From Vulcanimicrobiota bacterium (GTDB lineage: Bacteria; Vulcanimicrobiota; Vulcanimicrobiia; Vulcanimicrobiales; Vulcanimicrobiaceae): a DNA stretch of 64,000 nucleotides. Every line of letters starts with the position of its first letter. The stretch's first letter is position 1. Below are positions 10,240 through 21,348 of this stretch, one piece after another. The stretch covers positions 96,001 through 160,000 of the forward strand of contig CAWGBN010000008.1 of assembly GCA_963820825.1 (NCBI GenBank), read 5' to 3'. Under the pieces are notes generated by a model. The model made no database searches. It saw only the letters and a list, made by a program, of their open reading frames with translations, and was not told the origin of the DNA. A program made the position numbers and the translations under genes.

Positions 10240-10845
10240 TTACGCCGCTGTCGAGGCCTTTTCTTGCTCGTGGACCATCCCGAGGAAGTAGCGATGGATG
10301 CGCGGGTCGGTGCCGAGTTCGGGATGGAAGGAGGTCGCCAGCACGTTGCGTTCGCGCACCATCACGCCACGGCCGTCGCGCTGCGCGAGCAGCTCGACTC
10401 CGGGACCGCAACGCTCGATCCACGGCGCGCGAATGAAGATCGCGTGGAACGGCGCGCCTCCGAGCACCGGGATCGGAAGCTCGATCTCGGTCGAGTCGTT
10501 CTGTCGCCCGAAGGCGTTGCGCCGAACCGTAATATCGATCAGATTCAAGGTCGGCTGCTCGAGATCGGCGATCTCGCGCGCCGCGGCGATCATTCCCATG
10601 CACGTGCCCCAGAGCGGCATTCCGCGTTGAACGCGCTCGACGATCGGCCGTGCCAAGTGCGCGCGCTCCAAGAGCTTCATCACCGTCGTCGACTCGCCGC
10701 CCGGAATCACGAGCGCTTCGACGCCGTTGAGATCCGAGAGGCTCTTTACCGAAACGGCACGTGCGCCGGCGCGCTCGAGCGCCGCGATATGCTCGGCGAC
10801 GTCGCCTTGAAGGGCGAGGACCCCTATCGTCCTGTTAGTTTCCAC
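10240..10845 (-). CDS. pdxT: PLP synthase glutaminase subunit
   Basis: [34 protein letters not shown] start overlaps the pdxS end. Confidence 0.95.
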   Translation of the reverse strand: METNRTIGVLALQGDVAEHIAALERAGARAVSVKSLSDLNGVEALVIPGGESTTVMKLLERAHLARPIVERVQRGMPLWGTCMGMIAAAREIADLEQPTLNLIDITVRRNAFGRQNDSTEIELPIPVLGGAPFHAIFIRAPWIERCGPGVELLAQRDGRGVMVRERNVLATSFHPELGTDPRIHRYFLGMVHEQEKASTAA

Positions 10846-11731
10846 GCGGGGCGAGAAGCTGCGTCTCATCGAGCGCGCGGATATCGAGACCCGGCATCGC
10901 TTCGGAGATGCCGAGCGACCGGCATGCTTCCAAGACGACGCTCGGTTCGTTGTAGTGCGTGGTGGCATCGACGATCGCCCGGGCGAAGCGCTTCGGATCC
11001 TTCGATTTGAAGATGCCGCTGCCCACGAAGATACCCTCGGCGCCGAGCTGCATCATGAGCGCCGCATCGGCCGGCGTCGCAACCCCGCCCGCGCAGAAGA
11101 GCACGACCGGCAATCGTCCATTCGCAGCGACCTCGGCGACCGACTCGAGGGGAGCACCGAGATCCCGCGCCCTCGCGACGAGCTCTTCTTTCGGTGCGAC
11201 CGTCAGCTCGCGAACCACGTCGCCGATCGCGCGCATGTGTCGAACGGCCTCGACGATGTTCCCGCTTCCGGCCTCGCCCTTGCTGCGAATCATCGCCGCG
11301 CCTTCGGCGATTCGCCGCAGCGCCTCGCCCAAATCGCGCGCACCGCAGACGAAGGGCGTAGTGAAGGCACGCTTGTCGACGTGATACTTGTCATCGGCCG
11401 GCGTCAGCACTTCCGATTCGTCGATATAGTCGACGCCGAGCTCCTGCAAGACTTGGGCCTCGGCAAAATGTCCGATGCGCACCTTGGCCATCACCGGAAT
11501 CGTCACGGCATCCATGATGCCGCGAATCAAATCGATCGCGCTCATCCGGGCCACGCCGCCGGCCGCGCGAATATCGGCCGGAATTCGCTCGAGCGCCATC
11601 ACGGCGACCGCGCCCGCCTCTTGCGCGATGGCGGCGTGCTCGGGCGTCACGACGTCCATGATGACGCCGCCCTTGAGCATCTGTGCGAGCCCGCGCTTGA
11701 CCGTTACCGTCCCCGTTCTCGTGCTTTCCAT
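10835..11731 (-). CDS. pdxS: PLP synthase lyase subunit
   Basis: [44 protein letters not shown]. Confidence 0.97.
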   Translation of the reverse strand: MESTRTGTVTVKRGLAQMLKGGVIMDVVTPEHAAIAQEAGAVAVMALERIPADIRAAGGVARMSAIDLIRGIMDAVTIPVMAKVRIGHFAEAQVLQELGVDYIDESEVLTPADDKYHVDKRAFTTPFVCGARDLGEALRRIAEGAAMIRSKGEAGSGNIVEAVRHMRAIGDVVRELTVAPKEELVARARDLGAPLESVAEVAANGRLPVVLFCAGGVATPADAALMMQLGAEGIFVGSGIFKSKDPKRFARAIVDATTHYNEPSVVLEACRSLGISEAMPGLDIRALDETQLLAPRGN

Positions 11732-11778
11732 GTTCCTATCATAACAGCCGATCCCAATGAGAACATTGGGTACGCCGG

Positions 11779-12240
11779 TTACGGGGGCGCTTCGCTTTGG
11801 GCCGGGCTCGGCCCGCCGCTGGGCTCCGCCGGCGCGGCCGAGCCCTCGGCCGACGGGGGGGCCGAGGGCGCGAAGGTGGGCAGCGGCCGCTGCCTCCAGA
11901 TCGGGATATTGGGGTTCGGCGTCGGCGTCGGGACCGGCGTCGGCCTCGGCTTGGGCGTTGGTGCGAGCGTCGGCAACGGCTGGGGCGGGACACGCGGATC
12001 GGGGAAGTGCGGGTCGCCCGCCGCCGAGAGCGCCTGCGAACGCTTCCAGTCGGGGCCGTAGGGCTGCGGGCTTCCGTTCGGCGCCGGCGTCACCGCCTGG
12101 GGCAGTACCGACTGCAGTGATTGTTCGTTCGCTTGGCCGATCACGCGGTTGCCCATGCGCTCGCCGACCGCGACCGCGACGAGCAAGACCACCGCGCCGG
12201 CCGCAAGCACGATCGTGGGAAACCGGTTGGGAGATTGCAT
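11779..12240 (-). CDS. Pro-rich membrane-anchored hypothetical protein
   Basis: N-terminal hydrophobic helix followed by PTP repeats. Confidence 0.65.
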   Translation of the reverse strand: MQSPNRFPTIVLAAGAVVLLVAVAVGERMGNRVIGQANEQSLQSVLPQAVTPAPNGSPQPYGPDWKRSQALSAAGDPHFPDPRVPPQPLPTLAPTPKPRPTPVPTPTPNPNIPIWRQRPLPTFAPSAPPSAEGSAAPAEPSGGPSPAQSEAPP

Positions 12241-12243
12241 CGC

Positions 12244-14689
12244 CTAAACGCGCGCCAACGGACGCACGACGTCGAGTTTTGCCGCGCGCGCGCGCTGATC
12301 GCTCGGCTTGCCGATCAGATGCACCTCACGCAACTCACCGGCAGCCATATCCACGCGCGCGGTGTGCCCCCGAAATTCGAGCAGAACGTTGCGCGCGCAA
12401 TCGAGCTGGTTGAGGACGAAGATGCGCACGGCGCCGGCTTCGTCCTCAAAGGCGATCGCACCGACCTCGACCGGCGACGTTGCGACCTCGTCGCTCACGT
12501 CGCGCCCCGCATGAATGCACGCAAAGGGTTCTTCGGCTGAAAGCTCGGGCATATCGCCGTAGATCGTGTCGCTTCGCAGGTCGATGACGTACGTGCAGCG
12601 GCGTCCTCCCCAGTGGACCCTCGCCGCCGCGATCCACTGCCAGCCTTTTGGCCGAAGCGGCGCGAGATGCGGGCGGCCGCTCGTGCGATAACCGTTGAGC
12701 CCGCCGACCGTCTCGGCGACCGCCCAGAGGTATTTCGCACCGGTCCACGGCGAGAGATACATTCCGCGATTGCTTAGCGATCCGCCGTCGAACCATTCGG
12801 CAAACTCACCCGGCACCGTATTGCGCGGACTTCCTCCCTCCATTGCCGCGTATGAAATCTGCAGAAGGTTCACGGCTTCGTCGGTCATTCCGTTGCGCGC
12901 GAGCGCGACCGAACACCAAATCGTGAGGTCGGGCCAGATGCCGCCGAGCAATCCGAACCCATACGACGGGAAGTACCACGCGTCGGCGGTCGAGATCGTC
13001 CGAAGCCCGACCGGGGTGATGAAGTCGGCTTCCAAGAGACGGGCGAGGATCGCGCGGCATTGCGCCGGATCGGCGATGCCGAAGAGCACCGGAAAGATTT
13101 CGTCGGCCGTGAAGTTATCTTGGTAGTTGCGATCTTGGTCGTAGTTCAGGACGAACGCGCCGGTGTCGTCGTTGTAGAGAAAATCCATCATCGCCGCGCG
13201 CATCCGCTGCGCCTCGCCGCTATACCGCTCCCAGTGGTCGTTCTTGCCGACGACGGCACATAGCATCGCCGCAGACTCCAGCGCGTAGACCGCCTCGGCG
13301 TTGATCTCGGTGACCGCACCGTCGAGCGTGTAGTAGGGAATGATGTTCCGCCACGACGAGATCCCGTACATGTCGACGCCCTTGGCGCGGCAGTTGATCA
13401 GCCCGTGTTCGTCGCGCTGGGTCAGCATATAGTCGGTGAGCTTGACGACCAGGCCGATTCGGTCGCGCACCCACGCATCGTCGAGGGTCGCATTGTAATG
13501 GTGCAGCATCGCGATGAGATGCAGCGGCGTGTCGTCGTTGATGTTGAGATCGTAGTCGGTCTTGTAACCGCTGACGCCGCGCACGTATTCGATCATCAGA
13601 CCGCTCTCCTCGACGGCGCCGTTGAAGACTTCCAGCGCGTCGCGGCTGAACTCCGGCCAAAAATAATCGAATCCGTGAACGAGCCACGAAGTGTCGCGTG
13701 AGACGAGAATATCCGAAGGCGGCGAGTTGGTCGCACCCCAGCCGTGCGGATACTCCTTGACGATGCGCAGCATATTCGCTTTCGCCCAAGCGACGCCGCG
13801 GCTGATCTCCGGCGACGGCACCATAAAGCGCGCGTCCGCGAGACGTTCGGTGAAATACCCTTGCGTATGATGGAGCGCCCGCCGGTCGCGCAAGAGTGCC
13901 TCCAGCACCGGCCGGCTCCGCTCGGTCCCATCCTTGTGGTAGACGACGGCGAGACGAAGCGACTCGCGCGCGCCCGCGGCGACCTTGATCCGATACTCGA
14001 AGGCTCCAAAGATGCGCCGGCTGACGAGTTCGGCCTGCTGCGGCGTTACGTCGTCGAGCGTCTGCGGCGACTGCTCCTTCGCGAGGGTGCCCCGGCGCAT
14101 CGACTTGAGTAGAACTTGTTCGCGCAGCGAGAGTTCGACGGCGAGCGGATCCCGCGAGCCGCCCCACCAGCGCTCGCCGCCGGTCTCGAGATTCCTCGAG
14201 CAGATGAAGCGACCGTCGTTCCACGCGCGAACCTCGTGTTCGGGCTCGCCGTAGAAACGCTGCCCGACCAGCATCGCCCAGGGAAAGACGGCCACTTCGA
14301 CCTCTTCCGCGCCGGGATTGTAGAGCGTTACGTCAACGACGAACGAGACCGCGCGGTCGAAGCCCGACCCGAACGGTACGAAGAAGGCTTCGGTAACGTG
14401 AATGCGGTTATCGAGGGTGAACTCGGAAATCTGAGCGTAAGGCAGAAAGGTGAGTTCGCGCTCGATTTGGTGCGGGAACGAGGTGTGGTCGCCGATCCGA
14501 TATGCAATGTGGTGCGTGCCGAAGATGATTTGATCGGTATCGGCGTCCCAAAGCCCGCGCACGCCGCCTTTGGCGGTCGATTGCGCGTACGTCTTGAAGT
14601 TCCCGAGGAGCAGCCCGTATGGCGTTTGGGATTCGTGCAAGACGTAAGCGCAGAATTCGTTTCGTTGCGCGTCGTAACTCGAAACCCAT
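12244..14689 (-). CDS. (alpha/alpha)6 glycoside hydrolase, amylo-alpha-1,6-glucosidase/GH63-like; start uncertain
   Basis: SRDT, DDTPL, TEINA, F.TPVGLRT, GGIWP, EWF. The ATG at 14689 is one base out of frame; in-frame alternatives are GTG 14721 or ATC/ATT. Confidence 0.75.
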
Positions 14690-14767
14690 TCGATAATGGT
14701 TCCTCGGCAGGTATGCGGCACGGAGCGCAAAGGCGCCTCCTCGCGCCACGGCAAACGGAAGCTCGGC

Positions 14768-15631
14768 ATGCTGACCCTGCTGGCCCCGGCGAAGATTAAC
14801 CTCACCCTCGAGGTGCTCGCCCGCCGCGACGATGGATACCACGCGATTCGCAGCGTCATGGTGCCGCTCGAATTAGCCGACGAACTGACGATCGCGCCGA
14901 GCCCCGCGTTCGTTTTTATTTGCGATCGCGCCGAGCTCGGAGACGAGCGCAATCTCGCGGCCGCTGCATTTCGCTGCCTCGGCGACGTCGCGCCGGCGCG
15001 AATCGAGCTGCGCAAGCGAATTCCGGTGCAGGCCGGATTGGGCGGCGGGTCGAGCGACGCAGCGGCGGTGCTTCGCGCGGCGATGGACGGTGCATTCGGT
15101 CCGGTGCCCGATCGCGATTGGCTTCGTCTCGCTCGCGCGTTGGGTTCGGACGTCCCGTTCTTTCTCAGCGGAACCGCGGCCCTCGTCGAAGGAACCGGCG
15201 AACGCGTTACTCCCGCAGGCGCGATTCCGCGCTGGCACGCGGCAATCGTCAAGCCGCCGGTCGCCGTTTCGACCGCGGCGGCCTACGCGCAGCTCGATCG
15301 CGTGGAACGGCCGCAGCGGCCGCGCAAGAACTCCGATTCGATCGCAATGGTCGAGGCGCTGCAACGCGCCGACTTCGCACGGGTCGAGTCGCTGATGTCT
15401 AACGATTTCCAGGAACCGATTGCATCCGCCGCACCCGAGATTGCGACGGCAATTGCCGCACTGCGCGCGGCGGGCGCGACGAAGCCGTTGCTCGCGGGCT
15501 CGGGGTCGTGCGTCTTCGCGCTCGCTCCCGAAGGCGCACCGGTGGAGCGAATCCTCGAGCGACTCGACCTTCCGCCGCCCTACGAGCGGTTAGCGACCGC
15601 GTTTGCAACGACGCCGCAATGGCACAGATAG
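14768..15631 (+). CDS. ispE: 4-diphosphocytidyl-2-C-methyl-D-erythritol kinase
   Basis: APAKINL.L, KRIPVQAGLGGGSSDAA, LGSDVPFF, NDF, GSGSCVF. Confidence 0.95.
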   Translation: MLTLLAPAKINLTLEVLARRDDGYHAIRSVMVPLELADELTIAPSPAFVFICDRAELGDERNLAAAAFRCLGDVAPARIELRKRIPVQAGLGGGSSDAAAVLRAAMDGAFGPVPDRDWLRLARALGSDVPFFLSGTAALVEGTGERVTPAGAIPRWHAAIVKPPVAVSTAAAYAQLDRVERPQRPRKNSDSIAMVEALQRADFARVESLMSNDFQEPIASAAPEIATAIAALRAAGATKPLLAGSGSCVFALAPEGAPVERILERLDLPPPYERLATAFATTPQWHR

Positions 15632-16393
15632 ACGCCGTCGTGCTTGCCGGGGGGCCGCGTCGACGACGTCGCGCGCCTCCAGCCCGGCGCCCCGAATAAG
15701 GCCTTCGTCGAGATTGGAAGCGCGACGCTCGTCGGACGCGTCATCGCGGCCTTGCGCGGCGCGGCGAGCGTACGGCGGATCGTCGCGGTCGCGCCGCCGA
15801 GTATGAACGGCCATCCCGATCTCGCCCGCGCCGACGAGCTGCGCCCCGACGGCGTGCGAATTACCGAGAGTCTTCGAAATGGACTGGCGGGTTTCGATGC
15901 CGGTGCCGACGTGCTGGTCGTCGCATCCGATCTGCCGGTGCTCACTGCGCCGGCGGTCGACGATTTCTTCGCACGCTTGAGTTCGCTCGGGGCCGACGTC
16001 GTCTACGGATGCGTCGAGAAGCAAACGCATCTTCGCAGTTTTCCCGGCGTGCCGCATACCTGGGCCCGAATGCGGGACGGAACGTACTGCGGAGGAGGTA
16101 TCGTCGCGCTCAAGCCGCGCGCGCTCCCGCTGCTCGAACGTTTCATCGAACGGCTCGGTGCCGCGCGCAAGCATCCATTCAGGCTCGCTTCGTTCTTCGG
16201 TTGGGATATGCTGGCGCGATTTGCGCTCGGCCGGCTGACCGTTGCGTCGGCGGAGGAGCGTGCCTCACGGATCCTCGGCGCGCCGGTCCGCGCGCTCGTC
16301 TCGCCGTATCCGGAGACGGCCGTCAACGTCGACCGCGTCACCGACGTCGAACTGGCACGGCGGCTCGTCGACGGGAGCGGATGTAAAAGTTAA
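15619..16393 (+). CDS. MobA-like NTP transferase (one apparent +1 frameshift in the G6 run at 15649-15654)
   Basis: MAQIDAVVLAGG from ATG 15619 joins RVDD...PNKAFVEIG...SDLP...NVD if one G is removed. Confidence 0.8.
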
Positions 16394-16956
16394 GGAGAGC
16401 GCCAGCGTTTGAATAGCTCGTTGGCGATGCCGAACTGATCGAGCGCCTTTCCGACGGTGTGCGCGATGATGTCGTCGACGCTCTGCGGATTGGCGTACAT
16501 CGCGGGCATCGGCGGCAGGATGACCGCGCCGATCTCGGCGAGCTGCGCGAGCGTGCGCAGGTGGCCGAGATGCAGCGGCGTTTCGCGGACGATCAGCACG
16601 AGGCGGCGCCTCTCTTTCAAGCAGACGTCGGCGGCGCGAACGAGCAGATTCGCAGTTGATCGAGTAGGCGATCGCGCTCGCGCTCTTCATCGAGCACGGG
16701 ATCACGAGCATTCCGTCGGTGAGAAAAGAGCCGCTCGAAATCGCGGCCGCGAGATCGTCGTCGCGGATGCACGACGTCGGCCAGCGCCTCGAAGTCGTCG
16801 GCCGCCATATCCGTTTCGAGCTCGATCGTACGGCGCGCGGCGTCGGTGAGGACGAGATGCGTCTCGATCGCCGCCGATCGAGCGCAGCGCTTGCAACGCC
16901 ATGTAGCCGTACGCGCTTCCGCTCGCTCCGCTGATGCCGACGATGATCCGGCGCAT
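16390..16956 (-). pseudogene. ubiX: Flavin prenyltransferase UbiX, frameshifted several times (probably assembly errors)
   Basis: Fragments in different frames: MRRIIVGISGASG, MLVIPCSMK, KERRRLVLIVRETPL.LGHL, ILPPMPAMY. Confidence 0.85.
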
Positions 16957-17017
16957 CCGACGACCGTTACACACGCGTGCAGGGGCGCCTGGCGGAGTCT
17001 TTAACAGACTCTTGGTA

Positions 17018-18323
17018 GTGCTCGCGGACTCCTCGCGATTTTCGAGCCTTCGTCGACGATGCGCGTGCGCTGGTACCGCAGCGGGGATCGGAGGCGTCAC
17101 CTCCTCGCGACTGGTCCGTTCGCCGCATGTCGGACGTCCCGCACGACGTCGGTGCCGCCTACGCGACGCTCGCCGCGCGCACCGGAGCTCGCTCTTGGAC
17201 GCAATCGACGCCCAGCGTCTCGGGTTGCCCGCCGGCGGACCGCGACGCGATGCTTCGATTCGTCCTTTGCGCGCGCCGCGTGCGGCGCAATTTCGCGATC
17301 GCGAGCTACGAGAGGACGGACGCTGACGGCGACGCGATCGTCGCGACGTTCGAGATTGTCGACGCGCTCCTGCGAGTCGGCGCCGAATACGCGCCGTCGG
17401 AGGACGGCCGCGCGAGTCGCCGGAGTTCGCGCTTGCCGAAGCCGGTACCGCGCGGAGAGCCCGCGCCGGCGTCGGGCGCGCGCCAAAACCACTTTAGCGC
17501 GTCATCCCTCAACGCGTATGCCGAGTGCGCGCGAAAGTGGTTTTACCGGTACGCATGCGCGGCGATCGAAGACCGCGGCTCCGTCGGCGTCCGCGTACGG
17601 AACCGCCTTCCACCTCGCGCTCGAGGACTTTCACGGCGAGTTTCCGCGGCCGACGCGCGCTCGACGAATCAGGCGATGCGGCGGCGCGTTCGCCGAGTGC
17701 GTCACCTGGGCGTTCGAGCGCAATCGCGACGGCTTCGATACGCCGGTGGAGTTCGAGCTCCAAGCGCGGCGCGCGCAGCGCACCGCGCAGCGTTACGTCG
17801 ATTGGCTGCTCGCTGCAGGAACGAGAGGCGCCGTTCGAAGTAGTCGGACGCGAAGTCGCCGTCGAGCTCGATCTGGGAGGGTATCGCGTTCGTCGGATAC
17901 ATCGATCGCCTCGATCGCGACGAGCGCTCGGGCGGGATCGGCGTCGTCGACTACAAGACCGGCAGCATCGCACCAGCGCCGCCGAGTATCGCGGAGAAGG
18001 TTCGGCGCTTCGCGACTTTCAGCTTCCGTTCTACTACTGGGCGCGAACGGCCGCGGGCGATCGCGTGACCCGGCTGGTCGTTGATTCCGCTCAAGGATGC
18101 GCTGCTCGACGTGCGGCCGATCGTGGTCGAGGTCGGAAAGACCGTCGGGATCGACGACCTCACGCGATCGCGCAAACGGATGATCGAGCTCAGCGACGAG
18201 CTTTCGTCGGGTCGAACCTCGCACTTCGCCTCGACCGCGGACCCGGCGCCCTGCACGTACTGCGCCTACGCGACCGCCTGTACGTCGAGACCGCCTGCCG
18301 ACGGCCGGCGTTTCGGCAGTTGA
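17018..18323 (+). pseudogene. PD-(D/E)XK nuclease, AddB/Cas4-like with Fe-S cysteines, frameshifted several times
   Basis: FSASSLNAYAEC, GTAFHLALE, GYIDRLD, VVDYKTG, FQLPFY and CTYCAYATAC are spread over three frames; start approximate. Confidence 0.75.
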
Positions 18324-20380
18324 TCGCCCTCGATCTCACCGGCGAGCAGCACCGCGCGGTCGACGCGCCGTTCGACGAGTGCTTCGCGATCCTCGGAACG
18401 GCCGGCAGCGGAAAGAGCACCGCTCTGGTCGAACGCGTCGCGCGCCTTCACGCGCTGCATCCGCAGGCAAAGCCTTTGGTGCTCGCGTCGCAGCGCAGCA
18501 TCGACGAGTACGCCGCCGCGCTGCTCGACTCGCTCGGCGTCGCTACCGCACTGGTCGACGACGTTGAAGCGGAGCTGCTCTTTGCGCAAGCCTGCTCGTC
18601 GCTCTTTGCCATGGAGTGGGAAGAGTTCGCGCGCAATCAGCTCGACCCCGAAGTGCCCGGACTTCGCTCGCCGCAATGGTTCTTGGAATCGGCCTTTCGT
18701 TTGATTCGGCGGCTGCGCGATGCCGCGGTCGAGCCGGCGGAGTTTCTCTCCCAGGCGTTGACTGCCGCCACCGAGTTTTATGCCCATCCCCCGAACTTTG
18801 CCGATCCGGCGCTCATCGCCGCAACGAAGGCGAAGGTTCACGACTCGCTCGACGTATCGCCGAAGGAGTTGCTGCGTCAGCAGCGGCGCGAGATCGACCT
18901 CGCCAAGATCCTGACGCGACTCTACGAGAGCTACTGCGAGCTGGTTCGTACGAACGGACGCATGACCGGACGCGACGCGACGGTTCTGGCAGCCGAACTG
19001 CTGCGCGCCGACCCGAAGTCCGCGGCGGCGCTGCGGGAGCGTCACCGGTTTGCCTTCGTGGACGACGCGCAGGAGCTCTCGAGCGGACAACTCCGGCTCC
19101 TGCGCGCAATCTTCGGAGAGCGGCTCGACGGAGTCACGCTCTGCGGCGATCCCGCATCGGCGACTGCGAGCGTTCGGATGACGCTCGGCCAGGCCGCGTT
19201 CGCGCCCGCGCAGTCGCGCGTCGAACTGCACGAGGCACGCCGCGCCCCGCGCATCGAGCGCCGCCGTCTCTCGTCGCCGCGTGAGGAAGCGACGGAGATT
19301 GCGCAACGAGTCGGCGAGTGGCTCGCGCAAGGAATCGCCCCCGAACGGATCGCGTTGCTCTTTCGATCGGTTCGCAGCGTCGAAGGCTACGAAGCGGCCT
19401 TGCTCGATCGCGATATCCCGACCGCCGTCGCCGGCGATGCGAATCTCTTCGCCGACCGGCGCGCGCTCGATGCGCTCGCGCTGCTCTGGAACGTCCACGA
19501 TCCGTTCCGCCACGATTGGATGCTGAGAACGTTGGCGAATCCCGCGCTCGGCCTCTCGGATGCGTCGCTTGCAATCCTCTGCAGCGAGCCACCCGATCCG
19601 CAGCGCCCGCTCTTTGCGCTCGATGACGAGCCGGCGCCAACCATTCGTGCAAGCCGTTGGGACCCAAAGCGCGACCTGCGTCTAGGCTGGAACGTCATTC
19701 GCGGCGAGCAGGATGACGCACTCAGCGGCGATGCGGCGGAACGCGTGCGGCGTTTTCGCGGATTGCGCGAGCGATGGCTGGAGCTGCTGCACGAGTCGTC
19801 GTTCGAAAGATTCGCGCGAACGGTCTGGCGCGAAGCGCTCGCGCGCCAAGGCGAGCCGGGCTCGGCGCGCGCGCGAGCGCAGCAGCTTGCCTTGCGGCGT
19901 CTTCTCGAGCGGCTCGCCGCCTTCGTTGCCGAGAATCCGGGCGCGGGGATCGGCGACGTGCTCGAATACGCGGAGGCGCGGATCGAAAGCGACGTCGAAA
20001 CCTGCGACCTGCCGGCCGAATCCGAGGGGTTCGTGCCGATCTTGAGCGTCGAAGCGGCACGCGGACGCGAATTCGACCACGTCGTCGTCGCGAACGTCCG
20101 GACCGGCGCCTTTCCCCGCTGGTACTCGCCCGACTCCTTCCTCTTCAGCCCGCGATACGGCATGATTCCCAAGGATAACGTCGGCGAGGCGGCCGCTTCG
20201 CGCACGGCTAAGTTCACCTATTATATGTTTCGCTCGAAGGCGTCGCGGCAGTACTACGAGCGCGAGCGCCGCGCGTTCGCCTACGCGCTGCGGCGCGCCG
20301 CGGAGAGCGCGCTCGTCACCGCCTCGGGTACGCCGACGCGCGGCGTGAGCGCGCCGGAGTTTCTCGAAGAACTCCGGTAA
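18320..20380 (+). CDS. UvrD/REP (AddA/AdnA-like) helicase with degenerate motifs
   Basis: TTG overlaps the nuclease stop; LTGEQ, GTAGSGKST, FVDDAQE, IALLFRS, GREFDHV, ERR.....RA. Confidence 0.8.
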   Translation: MIALDLTGEQHRAVDAPFDECFAILGTAGSGKSTALVERVARLHALHPQAKPLVLASQRSIDEYAAALLDSLGVATALVDDVEAELLFAQACSSLFAMEWEEFARNQLDPEVPGLRSPQWFLESAFRLIRRLRDAAVEPAEFLSQALTAATEFYAHPPNFADPALIAATKAKVHDSLDVSPKELLRQQRREIDLAKILTRLYESYCELVRTNGRMTGRDATVLAAELLRADPKSAAALRERHRFAFVDDAQELSSGQLRLLRAIFGERLDGVTLCGDPASATASVRMTLGQAAFAPAQSRVELHEARRAPRIERRRLSSPREEATEIAQRVGEWLAQGIAPERIALLFRSVRSVEGYEAALLDRDIPTAVAGDANLFADRRALDALALLWNVHDPFRHDWMLRTLANPALGLSDASLAILCSEPPDPQRPLFALDDEPAPTIRASRWDPKRDLRLGWNVIRGEQDDALSGDAAERVRRFRGLRERWLELLHESSFERFARTVWREALARQGEPGSARARAQQLALRRLLERLAAFVAENPGAGIGDVLEYAEARIESDVETCDLPAESEGFVPILSVEAARGREFDHVVVANVRTGAFPRWYSPDSFLFSPRYGMIPKDNVGEAAASRTAKFTYYMFRSKASRQYYERERRAFAYALRRAAESALVTASGTPTRGVSAPEFLEELR

Positions 20381-20394
20381 GTCGCGAGGCGACG

Positions 20395-21348
20395 TTGCGG
20401 CTGCGTGAAATTCCCGCAGAGCGGTACGCGCGCGAGATCCTGCCGCAGACCGCGACGCTCTGGGCCGGCCGGCGCAGCTTCGACGAATACGTGGCTCAGA
20501 CGCTCGAGATCGCGCGCAGCTCCTACGGCCGCCGTCACTATCGCACGATCGGCCTCTACGACGAGCAGCGTTGCGTCGCGTCCTTCAAACGCTACGAACG
20601 AACGATGCGCCACGGCGCGAAACGCCTGCACGCGATCGGCTTCGGTGCGGTATTTACGCCACCCGAGTATCGCGGACGCGGATACGCCAGCGTCATGCTC
20701 GCGGCGGCGCTCGACCTCGCACGCAGCGAGGGCTACGATCTCGGCTATCTCTTCTCCGATATTCGTCCGCAGTTCTATGCCGCGATCGGCTTTCGAGTGC
20801 TTCCCTCGCGCCGGTTCTCGTTGCGCGCCGATCACCTTCCCTCGGTACGCCTCGATCTTGCGCCGCTCGGCGACGCCGATCGGAACCACGTGCGCCGGCT
20901 CTTCACCCGTACCGAGCGCCGTGGAAAGGTCGCGTTTCTGCGCAGCCTCCCGGTTTGGGATTGGATTCGCATGCGCGCCCGCCAGGCTTCGGAGCACCCC
21001 AGCGGAGACGCAACGAATTTGCTCGTGCGGCGCCGCGGACGCGCCGTCGCGTACGTTCTCGGCGTCCGGGATCCCAAGAACGATCGTTATGCCCTCGACG
21101 AGTTCGGCTTTGACGAAGAGGGCGCAACGGTCGTCGACGCGGTGCTGCGAGCCGCGGCCGGAGATCTGCGCCGGATCACCGGGTGGCTGCCGCCGAACGG
21201 CGCTCGCGAGATGCTGCCCAAGGCGGCCGTCGGCGCGCGCAAGAGCGCTATTCTGATGATGGCGCCGCTGAGCGACGAGGGCGAAGCGGCTCTTGGCGCC
21301 GCCTTAGCCGAGCGCGCCGAGATCGGCTGGGCGACCGATCACGTGTGA
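20395..21348 (+). CDS. GNAT acetyltransferase (Eis-like)
   Basis: GAVFTPPEYRGRGYAS, LFSDI..FYAAIGF. Confidence 0.8.
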   Translation: MRLREIPAERYAREILPQTATLWAGRRSFDEYVAQTLEIARSSYGRRHYRTIGLYDEQRCVASFKRYERTMRHGAKRLHAIGFGAVFTPPEYRGRGYASVMLAAALDLARSEGYDLGYLFSDIRPQFYAAIGFRVLPSRRFSLRADHLPSVRLDLAPLGDADRNHVRRLFTRTERRGKVAFLRSLPVWDWIRMRARQASEHPSGDATNLLVRRRGRAVAYVLGVRDPKNDRYALDEFGFDEEGATVVDAVLRAAAGDLRRITGWLPPNGAREMLPKAAVGARKSAILMMAPLSDEGEAALGAALAERAEIGWATDHV

